From: Chloropicon primus
Lineage: Eukaryota
DNA length: 64,000 nucleotides
NCBI GenBank assembly: GCA_023205875.1
Contig: CP060767.1
Coordinates: forward strand, 124,001-188,000
Direction of reading: 5' to 3'
Shown here: piece after piece, positions 10,708-22,750 of the stretch
Numbering within the stretch: position 1 is the first letter of the stretch
Layout: each line of letters opens with the position of its first letter
Translations under genes and position numbers: made by a program
The notes under the pieces: model-generated
The model's input: the letters and a program-made list of their open reading frames with translations, nothing else
The model's database searches: none
Told to the model about the DNA's origin: nothing

Positions 10708-12183
10708 ATGAGGCGTCCCACGAGACAGAGACGCTGGACACGCACCAGGTCGACGGCGGCGATGATCGCGGCGGCGAGGGCCGTCGCCGGTGGTGATGAC
10801 GACAAGGGAGGGTTGTCCCCAGGTGCCATGGACATGGACGTGGACGGAGAGTATTTGGCGAGCTTCGTGACGGGCTCTACGACGATCATCGAAGAGGAGA
10901 GTGACAGTGAGGAGGATAGTGGTGGTGCGGGTTCGTCCTTCCAACCTGAGCCAGCAGAGGTGACTATGATGGGAGGCAACGCACGTCCTATCAAGACTAG
11001 GAATGGAAAGAGAACGCTTGTGGCTGCCATCTACCTCGTTCTTCAAGATGCGGGAGAGAGCTTGCGTGTCAAAGAGATCCTTGGCCGGATCCGGGCCAAG
11101 AAGTTGTATGTGTACAGGCGTATGGATGGTTCTGTTCATACTGATCCGAAGAGAATGCGGAACCGTGTCAGCTCTGCTTGTACACAGAGCCCCTTCTTTG
11201 TTCGCACTGCACGTGGAACATATGCCATTGCCAAGAAATACTTGAATGGGTCCAATACTCAAGTTGGTGTCAGGCCCTCACCGCTTCGGGATGCCATCTA
11301 CCGCGTTCTTCAAGATGCGGGAGGGAGCTTGCACGTGAAGGAGATCTTTGGTCGGATCCGGGCCAAGAAGTTGTATGTGTTCAAGCGAAAAGATGGTTCT
11401 GTCTGTACTGATCCGAAGAGAATGCGGAAAACTGTCAGATCTGCTTGTGCACAGAGCCCCCGCTTTGTTCGCACTGAACGTGGAATATATGCCATTGCCA
11501 AGAAATACTTGAATGGGTCCAATACTCAAGGTGCTGTCAGCACCTCACCACTTCGGGATGCCATCTACCGCGTTCTTCAAGATGCGGGAGGGAGCTTGCA
11601 CGTGAAGGAGATCCTTGATCGGATCCGGGCCAAGAAGCTATATGTGTTCAGGCGTCGGGATCGTTCTGTCTGTACTGATCTGGAGAGAATGCGGGCCACT
11701 GTCAGCTCTGCTTGTTCAAAGAGCCCTCGCTTTGTTCGCACTGAACGTGGAACATATGCCATTGCCAAGGAATACTTGAATCGATCAACCGCCGACAACC
11801 TCAATGAGCAGAATTCCAACGCCACCAACAACAACAACAACATGAAGACGACGAGATCTCCTTCTCCTTCTCCCTATGCTTTGGATTTGAGAGAGGCTCT
11901 CGAGTCCGGCCTGATGACGGAGGAGGAGTACGCCAGCGCAGTGCAGGAGGCCCAGCGTTATGACAGCAAGTCGCCGGAGAAGAAGAGAGAGATCGCGGAC
12001 TACAACGAGGCGTTGAGGATCATCTTTGCGGACGCATCTCTTATGCTGAGCGACAAGGAACAATGTATTGTGAAGAGAGAGTACCTCGAAGAGGTCGGGC
12101 TCTGCAAAGTTCGTCCTCCGTCGTCGAAGAGAACACGAAGCAAGACGGCCCCTTCCATCGTCAAGGTCAAGCAGGAAGAGTGA
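10708..12183 (+). CDS. Protein with three tandem HARE-HTH-like (ASXL/HB1 winged-helix) repeats
   Basis: Three 89-aa repeats AIYxVLQDAGxSLxVKEIxxRIRAKKLY...PxFVRTxRGxYAI resembling the HARE-HTH consensus. Confidence 0.65.
   Translation: MRRPTRQRRWTRTRSTAAMIAAARAVAGGDDDKGGLSPGAMDMDVDGEYLASFVTGSTTIIEEESDSEEDSGGAGSSFQPEPAEVTMMGGNARPIKTRNGKRTLVAAIYLVLQDAGESLRVKEILGRIRAKKLYVYRRMDGSVHTDPKRMRNRVSSACTQSPFFVRTARGTYAIAKKYLNGSNTQVGVRPSPLRDAIYRVLQDAGGSLHVKEIFGRIRAKKLYVFKRKDGSVCTDPKRMRKTVRSACAQSPRFVRTERGIYAIAKKYLNGSNTQGAVSTSPLRDAIYRVLQDAGGSLHVKEILDRIRAKKLYVFRRRDRSVCTDLERMRATVSSACSKSPRFVRTERGTYAIAKEYLNRSTADNLNEQNSNATNNNNNMKTTRSPSPSPYALDLREALESGLMTEEEYASAVQEAQRYDSKSPEKKREIADYNEALRIIFADASLMLSDKEQCIVKREYLEEVGLCKVRPPSSKRTRSKTAPSIVKVKQEE
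11026..11780 (+). repeat. Intragenic tandem repeat, 267-bp period, about 3 copies
   Basis: GCCATCTAC...CTTCAAGATGCGGGA starts at 11026, 11293 and 11560. Confidence 0.95.
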
Positions 12184-12282
12184 GGTGGGCATTGTAGCCA
12201 TCAGCCATCTAATCTGCGCAGAGAGCAAACCTACCATCATGTGAGACTGTGTAAAAAGATGTAGATTTTAAGTGAATTCAAA

Positions 12283-13878
12283 TTACGCCGTGGGCGAGGG
12301 TCCCTTGTGATACTTGATATACTCTGCATACTCCTCTGCTGTGAGGAGGGCCTCATCGAGCTTTTTTTCAACGTATTTTGCGTCAAGCAAAACGCCGATG
12401 AAGACAAGCTCAATCCTTCTGTCCCCTGTCTCGTCGTCAAACTCCTTCAATATGGCATCCCTTTGGTTTTCCTCCGTTGGCCACTCCTCCCTTGGTATTG
12501 CGTCCCACCACTCCCCCTCCGAGGTCAAATCAAAGCTGAAGTGCGCGTGAGACCAGTAAAAGATTTGACTTGGGGCGCTGGACAGCCAAACAAATCCCTT
12601 TGACCTGATTATATGGCTCTCCATGGCGTCCGTGGGAAGCGGCTCGTCCTTCGCAGGGGCCTTTGGAATGAGACTCTTGATTGCCGTGCTCAGCCTCTCC
12701 ACATGGAATGGTTTCCGCCTTTCATACACCCAAGTCAAAATTCCGAACCTCTTGTGGTCCTCCAGATGATGGTGGTGGTGGTCGTGCTCATGTCCGTGCT
12801 CATGTCCGTGCTCATGTCCGTGCTGATGTTCGTGCTCATGCCCGTGGTCGTGTCCGTGGTCGTGCTTGTGTTGTTTGGCACTGCTTCCCTTTGCCGCAGA
12901 AACAGCACCCCTGTGCTGCCCCTCCAAAGTGATCTGGGACATGAGAGAGAGAACGTTCTTGTCCTCTTTAAGCAGGTGGTCATCGAATGGAATATCACCC
13001 ATCGACGACACCAAGATTTTTGCAAGCGGGTTCAAGGTATGAACGACTTCTTGCAACCGCCCCATGCTCTTCAGCTCGCTGGTTTCTTTCTCCAGCAGAT
13101 CGCTCTTGTTCAAAATGATGAGGTCCGCGCACTCCACCTGCTCGATCAAGAGCTCCACTATAGGCAGGTTACTCCCTTGGCCAAGGTTCGGCCGGTCAAG
13201 CAACGTGTCCCTGGAATAATACTCCTCGAAGAATCGACAAGAGTCGACGACCGTGACCATTGTCTTGAGGTAGACTCGGTCGAGGAGGGGGTGCTTGAGT
13301 AAGCTGGCTTCATGGAACTGATCCCTGAGGTTGCTAGGCTCGGCAACGCCAGAATTCTCCACAATGATAACGTCGTACTTTGTCCTTTTCTTCTTCGACC
13401 TCACCAGAAGCTTCTTGAGGGACACGAAGAGCTCATCGCGAAGGGAGCAACACAGACACCTGTTGGTTGTATCGTGATCGTGTGTGTAGGCGTGAAACAT
13501 AACAGGACTTGTCAGCGCAACCGCAAACCGCAGCCGCAGGAGAGACAGAGATATGGAGAGAGAGCGCGTGCGTCGGCTCCAGGGGAGCTGAGAAGGATGC
13601 GAATTCTCTCGGACACTTCGATCCACTTACCCATTCTGCAACTCGATCGTATCGACGAGATCGGCCGTGCTCCGCTTGGACTGAACTTCCTTCCGGATGA
13701 GCTTGGAGTCTATGTTGATAGAGGCGACGTCGTTCACAATGCAGGCAACACGCTTCGAAGTCCTTTGCAGCAAGTTTCGAAGGAGCGTTGTCTTCCCGAC
13801 CCCAAGGAAACCAGACAGCAGGATCACAGGAACGCGCTTCCTCTCCCTCTCCCTCCCTCCTCCTTCCTCCATGTTCAT
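12283..13878 (-). CDS. COG0523/CobW (ZNG1-like) metallochaperone GTPase with His-rich insert; intron ~13462-13630
   Basis: GFLGVGKTT Walker A, NG|CLCC motif across the intron, ENSG, LNKSD, IIRSKGFVWL, ELVFIG; (HEHG)n tract. Confidence 0.92.
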
Positions 13879-14480
13879 TCCTTCACAAAACTAACCCCTC
13901 CTTCCACCGAAGAAGAATCCCGACACAGCGACAGACACCAGCGTAACCGACGCCGAGGGACGTTACCACGGCCACCGCTGACCCCTTGCTCCTCCCCGCG
14001 ATCGATCCCTTCGCCGCTTCGGCGAGCGAGTGGAGGATGAAGGTGACAAAGGGTGAAGGCGGTGAAGAAGAATGAAGAATGAAGAATGAAGAAGAAGAAG
14101 AAGAAGAAGAAGATGAAGAATGAATGAATGAAGAGGCCTTGCGCGATGGATCTAAGACGAACGTGAACGAGGTGTTCGACACCGGCACGATCGATCACTA
14201 AAGCCGCCGCTGACCCGACCCCTTCTCCTCCGTTCGTCGATGTCAACACCGATCGCTCAAGATCGATCCCCAAGATGTAGCAGAATCGATCGGATCGATC
14301 GGGAGGAGAGAGGGAGAGACCAGGGAGGAAGAGGGCAGCAGAGAGGAGGAGGAGGAGGATTAGGGCGGAGGGGGAAGGGCTAGTGCGATACTACGTCTTC
14401 CGATCTTTCGATCGATACGATTCTACCCTTGGTCGACGGATTTGTCCATCGAATGAGCAGCAAACGGCCAAGGACACACA

Positions 14481-14522
<42 letters not shown>

Positions 14523-14810
14523 CTCAAGTGTCTTCGAGGAGGAGTGAAGGACGGTAGAGAGGAGAAGGAGGTGCTGTATCTTTCGCGATCTTTCGATCGG
14601 TACGATTCTACCCTTGGTCGACGGATTTGTCCATCGGTTAGGGAGGAGCAGAAGCTCTTGGATGTTGTCGTCGTCGTGCCAGTGAGCTCGGTTCGGTTTG
14701 TCCATCGGTCGGTTGAAGGGGAAGGCAGAGAGGGCGTTCGGCAGGCAGCCTCACGGCGCGTTTGACTCGTCGCCACACGAAGTTTCGATCGGTAGCAGCT
14801 CGCGAGGACG

Positions 14811-15360
14811 ATGCGAGAAGGGGGGGGCACCGGGAAGGCGGGTGGTGGCGAAGCGAGTACGAGCGATATCGTCTGCGAGTTCCTCGAGGCGGCCGTGCAC
14901 ACCGCACTCAGGGTCAAAGGGGTAAGAGAACCGCTATCGCTCAGACGGAAGAAAATAGTATAGAAACGCGAGGGAGATCGTGTCGCCGCCGCTCGCCCGG
15001 CTTTTGCTCGGTCGTGGGTTCGGAACGGAACGGACTGACTGACTGACCTTGTGTGCTCTCACCGACGCAGGTTTACCCGGCGGAGGTATTCGAAAGGCGC
15101 CGGCTTTACAACGTGGCCGTTTCCAGATCGCGGCACCCGGGTCTCAACACCTACATCAAGGAAACCGTGTTCTCGCTCAAGCCGTGGATCGTCCAAAAGA
15201 AGTTGGAAAAGCTGACTTTGGTCTTCTACGAGGCCGGGAGCGACAAGGTCATCGAGAGGCTCGTCTTCTCGGTGAAAATCCTCCGGGAGATTGAAGGTAG
15301 GGAGTCCGAAGACATGGTTGTTTGGTGCGCGGCCGCCTCCGTGGCGTTGGGAGTGCCTGA

Positions 15361-15396
<36 letters not shown>

Positions 15397-15785
15397 GCCC
15401 GTGTGTGTTTCCGGATTGCAGCAGGGAGTCTTGAGACCTTCGAGGACTTGGAGCACATGCTTCGCGCATTCATTCTGAAGATCCAAGTGACAGACCCCCT
15501 CAAGGAGGGTTCGAGGTGAGTTCTCACGCCATCGCAGGTTGCGGACGCGAATGTTATTCCCCCCCGTCTCACGCTCCTTTGCTACTCGTGCTCAAACGCT
15601 TGGCCAGGTTTGAGCTACTGGCGTACTCTAGGTCGAGGCAGGATGACAACACTGTTTGGGTCATGGAGGATGCCAGCAGCGGGAGGGTCGGCGCGGGCGA
15701 ACCGAAGATTGTCCCCATCAAATCTCTCTCGAGCGACTTTCTCAGGATCCAGCTCTACTCGGAGATCCCACCCGAAACGACGTAA
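14811..15785 (+). CDS. REV7: REV7/MAD2L2 HORMA-domain protein (DNA polymerase zeta subunit), multi-exon
   Basis: EFLEAAVHTALRVKG|VYPAEVFERRRLYNVAVSRSRHPGLNTYI...ERLVFSV...LEHMLRAFILKI. Confidence 0.85.
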
Positions 15786-15949
15786 TCCTGTGTAATCTGT
15801 AATCTAACCAGCAGGTCACGTCGTGATGCGAAATCGACGCCTTGCATTGGGTTGGGGGACCCGGCCGACCGAGAGTGAGTTGTTGGTGCTTCAAGGCAAA
15901 GGTGCCACCCACCCGCCCTTTCGAAGCCAAGAGACGCACACGCCACACA

Positions 15950-15997
<48 letters not shown>

Positions 15998-16809
15998 AAG
16001 AAAGAGAGGAAGGCCTGCATGTGGAGGAGGCCCATCCATCCTATGCATCCTATGCTTATGGATTGACTTCTCTTCCCTGCTCCTTAACTTCATGAACAGA
16101 ATTTTGGAAGTAGTTGACCACCCGCCAAGAAAAAGAAGAGAGCGAGAAAGAGACAGTGAACAAAGTATTTAGCACTGACCTGGCCAGGCCTCCCTTCTTT
16201 GGTTTCTTCTTCTTCCCCCTCCCTCCAGGCTCTCTCTCTCTGTGTCTGTCCTCGGAACTGGACAGCTTCCTCGTTTCCAGTTAATGAAAACTCGAGGAAA
16301 GGGGGGCCATTGGAAATGTTCCTCTCGGCGTGGGGGGTTAACAAGGAGAATCTATTGCGGAAATGTTGAGGGGGTACGGATCCCACGGACAACGCGGAGG
16401 TCTGGGTTGACAAAGCCCATTTGGCCTAGGAGACCAAGACGAGGTGAGTTTGGCACAATTGGGGTCGAACCTCTTGACCAAGACGGCAATAGGAGCATAA
16501 CAGTGCGGGAGTTCGCCTCGTTCTCTTTCGTTTGACTCCTTTCTCGCCAAAAACGGTCCACTGAAGCCTCCATTGTTTTCGCTTCCATTTGGGTCAGCAC
16601 AGGTGCACAGTGCCAAGGGAAAGACCTTGAAGACCTACCAGAAGGTGGAAGAGAGCGGAGGAAGGTTGACTGTGGGATCGTCTCGAGTCAATTGTGGCTT
16701 CCCTGGAACTTGAGCAAACCTTTCTTCTGTTGCGAGGACTTCCAGCACTTGGTCCAGATACGATTCCATTCCCTTTTGGTTTGTGATTGATTTTGACTTG
16801 GTCTGCACG

Positions 16810-17748
16810 ATGACGGAGAGTTTGACGCCAGAAGCCACGATGGGTGGCACGATGGGAGGAGACAAGTCTCCCGAATGCAAGTCGATGCTGGGTCCCCAGT
16901 ACCTCTCGACGAAGCCGACTCAACCGTCTTTCGGTTTCGGAACGTCGACGAGGGAAAGCATGAGCAAGGTGTTTCTTTCTCGAAAGGCAAAGTCGGACCA
17001 CATCGGCAAAGCTTCTCCTGGACCTGTGTACAACCTCAAGTCCTCCGTAGGCAAGCAGATCCAATCACACTGCGAGACTGCGCCTGCTTCTACCTTCGGC
17101 AAGAGGCACGGGAAGAGCGGCGACGAGACGCACAAGGCGCCGGGACCGGGACGGTACGAGATGCCAAGCTCGATAGGCAAGCAGGCCATGTCATCAAAAT
17201 CAAACGCGGAGAAGTGGCGGTTTCCAACGGCGAACAGGTGGAGCAACACGAAGAAGGACTTCAGCGATCACTTTGGTACACCGGCGGCGAGGGACTACAA
17301 GCCAGCGAACGGCTGGCTGGGCGACTCGGCCAAGTTCTCCTTCTCTGGCAAAGCAAAGCGCTACGACGTGGGCAAGGGCTCCCCTGGCGTGGAGCCATCG
17401 TTCTTGAAGGACCCTGGTCCAGGTACCTACGAATCTAAGTCGAGTCTTGGCGTCCAGCCGGAGACCAAGAAGAAGACTTCTCAGCAAGTGAAGTTCGGAA
17501 CGAGCGTTAGGGGTTCCAACAAGGTGTACGTGAGCAGGCAACACGAGAGAGAAGTCCTGGGGCACCAGTCGCCTGGTCCTAACATGTACATCCTGCCAAA
17601 CAGCGTGGGCCCACAAATCTCCTCGAAAAACAAGTCTGCGCCCTCCACGAGGTTTGGCAGCTCTGATCGTTTCTCGGACCTCAAGACCAAGAAGAAGAAG
17701 AACGACATCCCACTAGTCAACCCAGGGCCGGGCAGTTACGCGATCTAA
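16810..17748 (+). CDS. ODF3/STPG-like protein with SHIPPO (PGPGxY) repeats, axonemal type
   Basis: Repeated PGPxxY motifs (SPGPVY, APGPGRY, DPGPGTY, SPGPNMY, NPGPGSY) followed by FSFG/FGTS..R. Confidence 0.8.
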   Translation: MTESLTPEATMGGTMGGDKSPECKSMLGPQYLSTKPTQPSFGFGTSTRESMSKVFLSRKAKSDHIGKASPGPVYNLKSSVGKQIQSHCETAPASTFGKRHGKSGDETHKAPGPGRYEMPSSIGKQAMSSKSNAEKWRFPTANRWSNTKKDFSDHFGTPAARDYKPANGWLGDSAKFSFSGKAKRYDVGKGSPGVEPSFLKDPGPGTYESKSSLGVQPETKKKTSQQVKFGTSVRGSNKVYVSRQHEREVLGHQSPGPNMYILPNSVGPQISSKNKSAPSTRFGSSDRFSDLKTKKKKNDIPLVNPGPGSYAI

Positions 17749-18554
17749 CGGAGAACAGGGACAGGGCAGGAGGAGGGGAGTCTTTAGGTTTTGGTTGGAC
17801 TCGAAACTCTCTCAATTATCTCTGACTTGCGTTTTAATCGAGATTATACCATAGTTCTATAACTCTTGGACTGCAGAAACCTCCCTTCATCACCTTTTTC
17901 CTCCACTCCTCCATCCAATGAAAAGGTCTTCCGAGGAGAAAAAGGAGAAGAGGAAGGGATAGAACACGAGTGAAGAGGAGATGATACTGAATCCCCTCTC
18001 CTCCCCTTCCTTCCCTTCCTCATCATCCCCATCACCCCTCATCACCATCCATCCCCTCCCCTTCATCACCTTTTCCCTTCAATCCAAAGGAAAAGGTCTG
18101 CAGAGAGGAGAGGCGATTGGGGAGGCGATCGAAGGGCGCCGCTTCGCGAGGATTTGGGCGTCGAGGAGGGGCAATAGGAACGGAAGTGGAGATCGTAGAA
18201 CGACAGTGCGTCTCGTGAGCTTTCTGGCGATACCTTGGTTGACTCTTTTGGCGCAGGGAAAGCCTCGAACGGACCCGGGGGAGGCGATCAAGGGCAGAGG
18301 AGAAGTGAGGAGAAGAGGACGAGGGGAGGGAAGGGCGAGGACGAGGGATCCAGGGGCCTTAGGCGCGAGGAGGAAGCGTTTTGGATCGACAGGACAGGAC
18401 TTGTCCCGAGCTTTCTGGAGATACCAATATCGGTTGTTTTGGTTCGGTCACGACAGATTGAATTGAATTCAATTGAACTGAACTGAACTGAATTGGATCG
18501 AGTTGAGGAGGAGACTGTGTCTGCGCTGGTATACGCAGAGTAGTCCGTGGCGCG

Positions 18555-20432
18555 ATGAAGGTCGTCGCGCTTGTGAGCGGCGGGAAGGACTCGTGCTACA
18601 ACATGATGCTCTGCGAGCGTTACGGCCACGAGGTCGTCGCCCTCGCCAACCTGTTCCCCGCGGACGACACCAAGCAGGAGCTGGACAGTTACATGTACCA
18701 GACGGTGGGCCATAACCTCATCGAGGGGTATGCCGAGTGCATGGGGCTTCCCTTGTTCAGGAAAAAGCTCGCGGGGACGTCGAAGAACATCGAGATGACG
18801 TACGAGGAGACTGAGGGGGACGAGGTGGAAGACTTGAGGTGCTTGCTCGCTCGCGTGAAGGAGACCATGCCACAAGTCCAAGCCGTGTCCTGTGGAGCGA
18901 TACGGTCTGACTACCAGAGAGTTCGAGTGGAAGGAGTGTGCGATTCGTTGGGGTTGATCTCCTTGTCCTACATGTGGCGTCGGGACCAGTCGGAGCTCCT
19001 GGCGGAGATGGTGGACAACGGCCTGCAGTCCATTCTGATCAAGGTGGCCTGTCTCGGTCTCGTCCCTCACAAGCACCTCGGGAAAACGATTGGACAAATG
19101 CAGCCAAAGCTCGAGGAGCTGTCGGGCCAGTTCGGCGTCCACGTCTGTGGCGAGGGGGGGGAGTACGAGACCCTCACCCTGGACTGCCCGCTCTTCAAGT
19201 ACGGGAGAATTGTGGTAGACAAGTCACGTTGCGTGTTGGACGACAGCGGCGAGGCTGGAAACTTTGTCGTGGAGGAGTATCACGTGGAGGGGAAAGGGGG
19301 AGGAGAGGCGGGGAAGGGGCTGGGGAGAGTCATCCAAGTGGAATCCGACCTGGGAGGAGGGCGGGGGGTCGCGGGGGAGATGATGTCTTCCCTGGCGGTG
19401 AAGGAGGAAGGGGAGGGCACGGCCACCTCTCACGTCTCCTTGGAGCACCGCGGGAGCTACAAGCTCCTCGTAGGAAGCTTGGTGGCCCGAACGAGTGCGG
19501 CAGAGATGTCGACCGAGGACCTCGTCCTCTCCTTCCGAGGCCTGTTGCAGCGGATGCAGGCCAAGGTCCACGAGCAAGGCAGGAGGTTGCAGAAGTCTGT
19601 GATCGTTTACTTCTCCATCAAGGACATGGGGAACTTTGCCGCTCTGAACGCGGTCTACAAGTCTTTCTTCGGCACGACGAATCCCCCCCCTCGATGCTGC
19701 ATCGAGATGGCCCTCGAGGAGACGGAGTTGCTTCGCATCGAGGTTCTGTTGCCCGGGAAGGAGGACCTTGATTCGAGGAGGAGGATCATGCACGTCCAGA
19801 GCATCTCTCAGTGGGCGCCGTGTTGCATCGGCCCGTACAGCCAAGCGGCCCAGTTTTCGGACCTGCTCTACGTGTCGGGCCAGATTGGTCTGGACCCTCC
19901 CCGCATGGCCTTCACCGAGGGCGAGCCCATAGAGGACGAGATGGCCAAGGCCCTCCTTCACTGCGAGAGCGTCTGCGAGGCCATGGGAGCCAGCTTCAGG
20001 GAGGGCACTCTGAAGCTCGTTATTTATCTTGCCAAAGGCAGCGGGGCTGACGGCAGTCGATTGGGTAGGATGGTGGACGACGCCCTCGCCGAGGGCGTGC
20101 AAAAGGTGTACGTCGAGGTGCCGAGACTCCCGAAGGACGCGAGGCTGGAGCTCCACCCGGTCTTGAGACCGGGCGCGGGCCTGGGAGACCCCTGCTGCCG
20201 CACCTTTGCCTTTGAGCTTGCGGACGGCAAGGATTGGGGCGAGGAGCTCGAGCGTCTCGACTTGGCCAAGGAGGACGTGGTGATGGTGCACTGCTACGCG
20301 GCGGAGGCGGGCGGCAAGCTGGACACCCTGCGGGGGCTCCCGGTCCAGTCCTTCCCCGTCACGCGGTGTGGACTCGACCAGAACATGACGGCGCGCGGTG
20401 TGTGCGAAGTCATCGCTCACCGGTGCCTCTAA
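18555..20432 (+). CDS. DPH6: Diphthine--ammonia ligase with C-terminal RidA/YjgF domains
   Basis: MKVVALVSGGKDS, ELDSYMYQTVG, DEVEDL, CGEGGEYET; C-terminal HVQSISQWAP.CIGPYSQA and LPKDA. Confidence 0.95.
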   Translation: MKVVALVSGGKDSCYNMMLCERYGHEVVALANLFPADDTKQELDSYMYQTVGHNLIEGYAECMGLPLFRKKLAGTSKNIEMTYEETEGDEVEDLRCLLARVKETMPQVQAVSCGAIRSDYQRVRVEGVCDSLGLISLSYMWRRDQSELLAEMVDNGLQSILIKVACLGLVPHKHLGKTIGQMQPKLEELSGQFGVHVCGEGGEYETLTLDCPLFKYGRIVVDKSRCVLDDSGEAGNFVVEEYHVEGKGGGEAGKGLGRVIQVESDLGGGRGVAGEMMSSLAVKEEGEGTATSHVSLEHRGSYKLLVGSLVARTSAAEMSTEDLVLSFRGLLQRMQAKVHEQGRRLQKSVIVYFSIKDMGNFAALNAVYKSFFGTTNPPPRCCIEMALEETELLRIEVLLPGKEDLDSRRRIMHVQSISQWAPCCIGPYSQAAQFSDLLYVSGQIGLDPPRMAFTEGEPIEDEMAKALLHCESVCEAMGASFREGTLKLVIYLAKGSGADGSRLGRMVDDALAEGVQKVYVEVPRLPKDARLELHPVLRPGAGLGDPCCRTFAFELADGKDWGEELERLDLAKEDVVMVHCYAAEAGGKLDTLRGLPVQSFPVTRCGLDQNMTARGVCEVIAHRCL

Positions 20433-21468
20433 ACGATCGCTTTTTATCCATTGATGAAGAAATAAAACATCCCCGAGATGTGCTTCTGTGTTCGTTTCGG
20501 TGCCATCCGTTATCATCCAGCATCAGCACCAGCAAATCATGCATGCTTGGTTCACTTTCATCACATTGCATGTGATGATGTTTGCGATTGCGGTTCCGGA
20601 TCGTTTGCTCAAACTTGTTTTCATGATTATCATGAGGAATGATGCTGATCCTTTCCCCCTTCTCACATTGCCATAATCATCCTATCTGAGACCTCGAAAG
20701 GCCCAAACCAGGGAAGCTGAGCACTCAGTCTTTGAGCACCACTGTTAACCAGCACATGAACTCCCGATGACGGATGTTATTCCACTGATGTCATACTATC
20801 TTTCACGGACGGATGTTAAGTCCCTCACATCCTGATGATCCTCCCTCCTCTCCCTCCTCTCCTCTCCCCTCCTCCCTTTCCTTTCCTCCCGTCCCCGTCT
20901 GCATCATCGATGGTCCAGCGAATGCCAGCTCCTCTCCGTCTCGTGCGTCGCGCTCCGTTCGAAAAAGAGCATCGAAACACGTAATTCCTACAAGAAGGTC
21001 GTCTGGATTTTGGCTCGATTTTGGCTCGATGGTCCCATGTGGAATCACTACTCTGTGGGACCACCATCCAGGAATCGAAGGGCGAAGGGCGGCTTTACGT
21101 TCTTAGCGTTCTTTACGAGACGTTCCTTTCCGCCGCACGAAGACGTACGAAATCGAGACGGCTTCGTGTAGTAATTACGTCTTTCGATGTTTCTTCTTGG
21201 ACGACCACAGCAGACTACAGCAATAACGTGTCTCGTAGAATATTGAAGAACGAGGAGATCTTTGGCCGATCGGCGGAGGAAGACGCGTCTCGTGAAAGCC
21301 TCCGCTTCGACGGAGAGAGACAGACACACACACACACACGCACACAGAGGCTCAAGAGGCACACAGGAGCGTTCGAGGGTGAAGGGTTTCGGTTTCGTTT
21401 CATCAAGCGAAACAGCAGCAGCAACAACAAAGACATCCACAGAGCCACCTTCTTCTCGTTCCTTCAAG

Positions 21469-22688
21469 ATGTTGTTCAACAGTAAGAGGAACTTCAAGGA
21501 CCACATGATGCATGCTTTGGTGGGATTTTTCGTCGGAGCTGCAGTCATGTCCCTCCTGTCTTCCAAGTCTGCCGAGGTACGACACGTGCATGCAAGCATG
21601 CGATGACGTCGCAAACTTCAGGGTTTCTTGCCGGAGCTTGCTCTTTCGCAAAAAGATGCTAACTTTTTTTCCTCTCTCTCTCTGTCTCTCTTCGCTGTTC
21701 GCAGCACAAGGCCGTGCAGGGCACCATCATGCAGTCCCCCATGTTCAACACCAACGATGAGTTGTTCTTGGGATCCCAGACGGGAGACCTTCCCCCTGCC
21801 AGGCGTGGAGAGTAAGTGCATGCAGGACTCGTCGAGCTTGTGGCTCCAAGTCCTCTGTCTCTTGTTCTTGTGGCTGACTCTCTCTCTCTCTCTCTCGTGC
21901 TCCTCCTCCTCCTCAGTTACATTTACAAGACCAACACTTACCAAGCCCTGTACGATCAGACCTGGACCAAGGGAGGATACCCAGCCCAGAGTTGCTGGGG
22001 CTGCAGGTTTGCTACCGATATCGTGAACAAGGTGCCTTTCAACAACATGTTGGACGCCGGTACCGGTAACGGTGCGCTTGTTCGCATGATGCGCTCCCAC
22101 GGCAAGAGCGCCTGGGGGATCGAGCTGAGCAAGGCTGTCTTGGAGCAGGAGTGCCCTGACATGCTCAAGGCCGGATTCGTGGAGCCTGGTGTCCTGACCA
22201 ACTTGCCGTACGCCGACAACAGTTTCGACTTGGTGTGGAGTTCCGACGTCCTGGAGCACATTCACCCCGAGGAGGCCGAGAAGGTCGTCAGTGAGCTCGT
22301 TCGCGTTTCCAGGAGGTTCTTGGTCCTCACCATCTCCCTCAAGGGTCACACCAAGGCAACCGCCGCCAACAACAACGAGGCCGGAAGGCACACCATGCTC
22401 AGACCAAGAAAGTGGTGGGAGGACACCTTCAGAAAGTACGGAGCCGTCGTCAACAGAGAGCTCTTCTGGGCCATGCAGGAGTTTGACAAGAGGTACACCG
22501 GCAGCGACCTCCACGCGTGCCAGATGGAGGGAGACGCCAACGACGGAGGATTGTACGAGGTCTGCAAGATCGACAACCCATGGTTGGTCGGTAAGCGCGA
22601 GCAGGAGAACTTGAGGAAGGACAGAATGATCACCACTGAGAACATGGAGCTCGAGCCGTGGTTCTTCACTTTCAGAAAGCTTCGCTAA
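21469..22688 (+). CDS. Class I SAM-dependent methyltransferase with N-terminal membrane anchor, 3 exons
   Basis: MLDAGTGNG, WGIELS, LPYADNSFDLVWSSDVLEHI; hydrophobic HALVGFFVGAAVMSLL in exon 1. Confidence 0.8.
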
Positions 22689-22750
22689 TCATAGAGGATA
22701 ACAACTTTACACAATTACAATAAAATACTTGAACTTTTGAGCCCCCTGCT

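Noticed and set aside
14474..15995. Compound (CA)n(GA)n and other simple repeats as special elements
   Set aside because: Ordinary microsatellites, abundant throughout introns and UTRs in this window.
18555..20432. DPH6-RidA fusion as a novelty
   Set aside because: This architecture is already known in fungal and plant Dph6.
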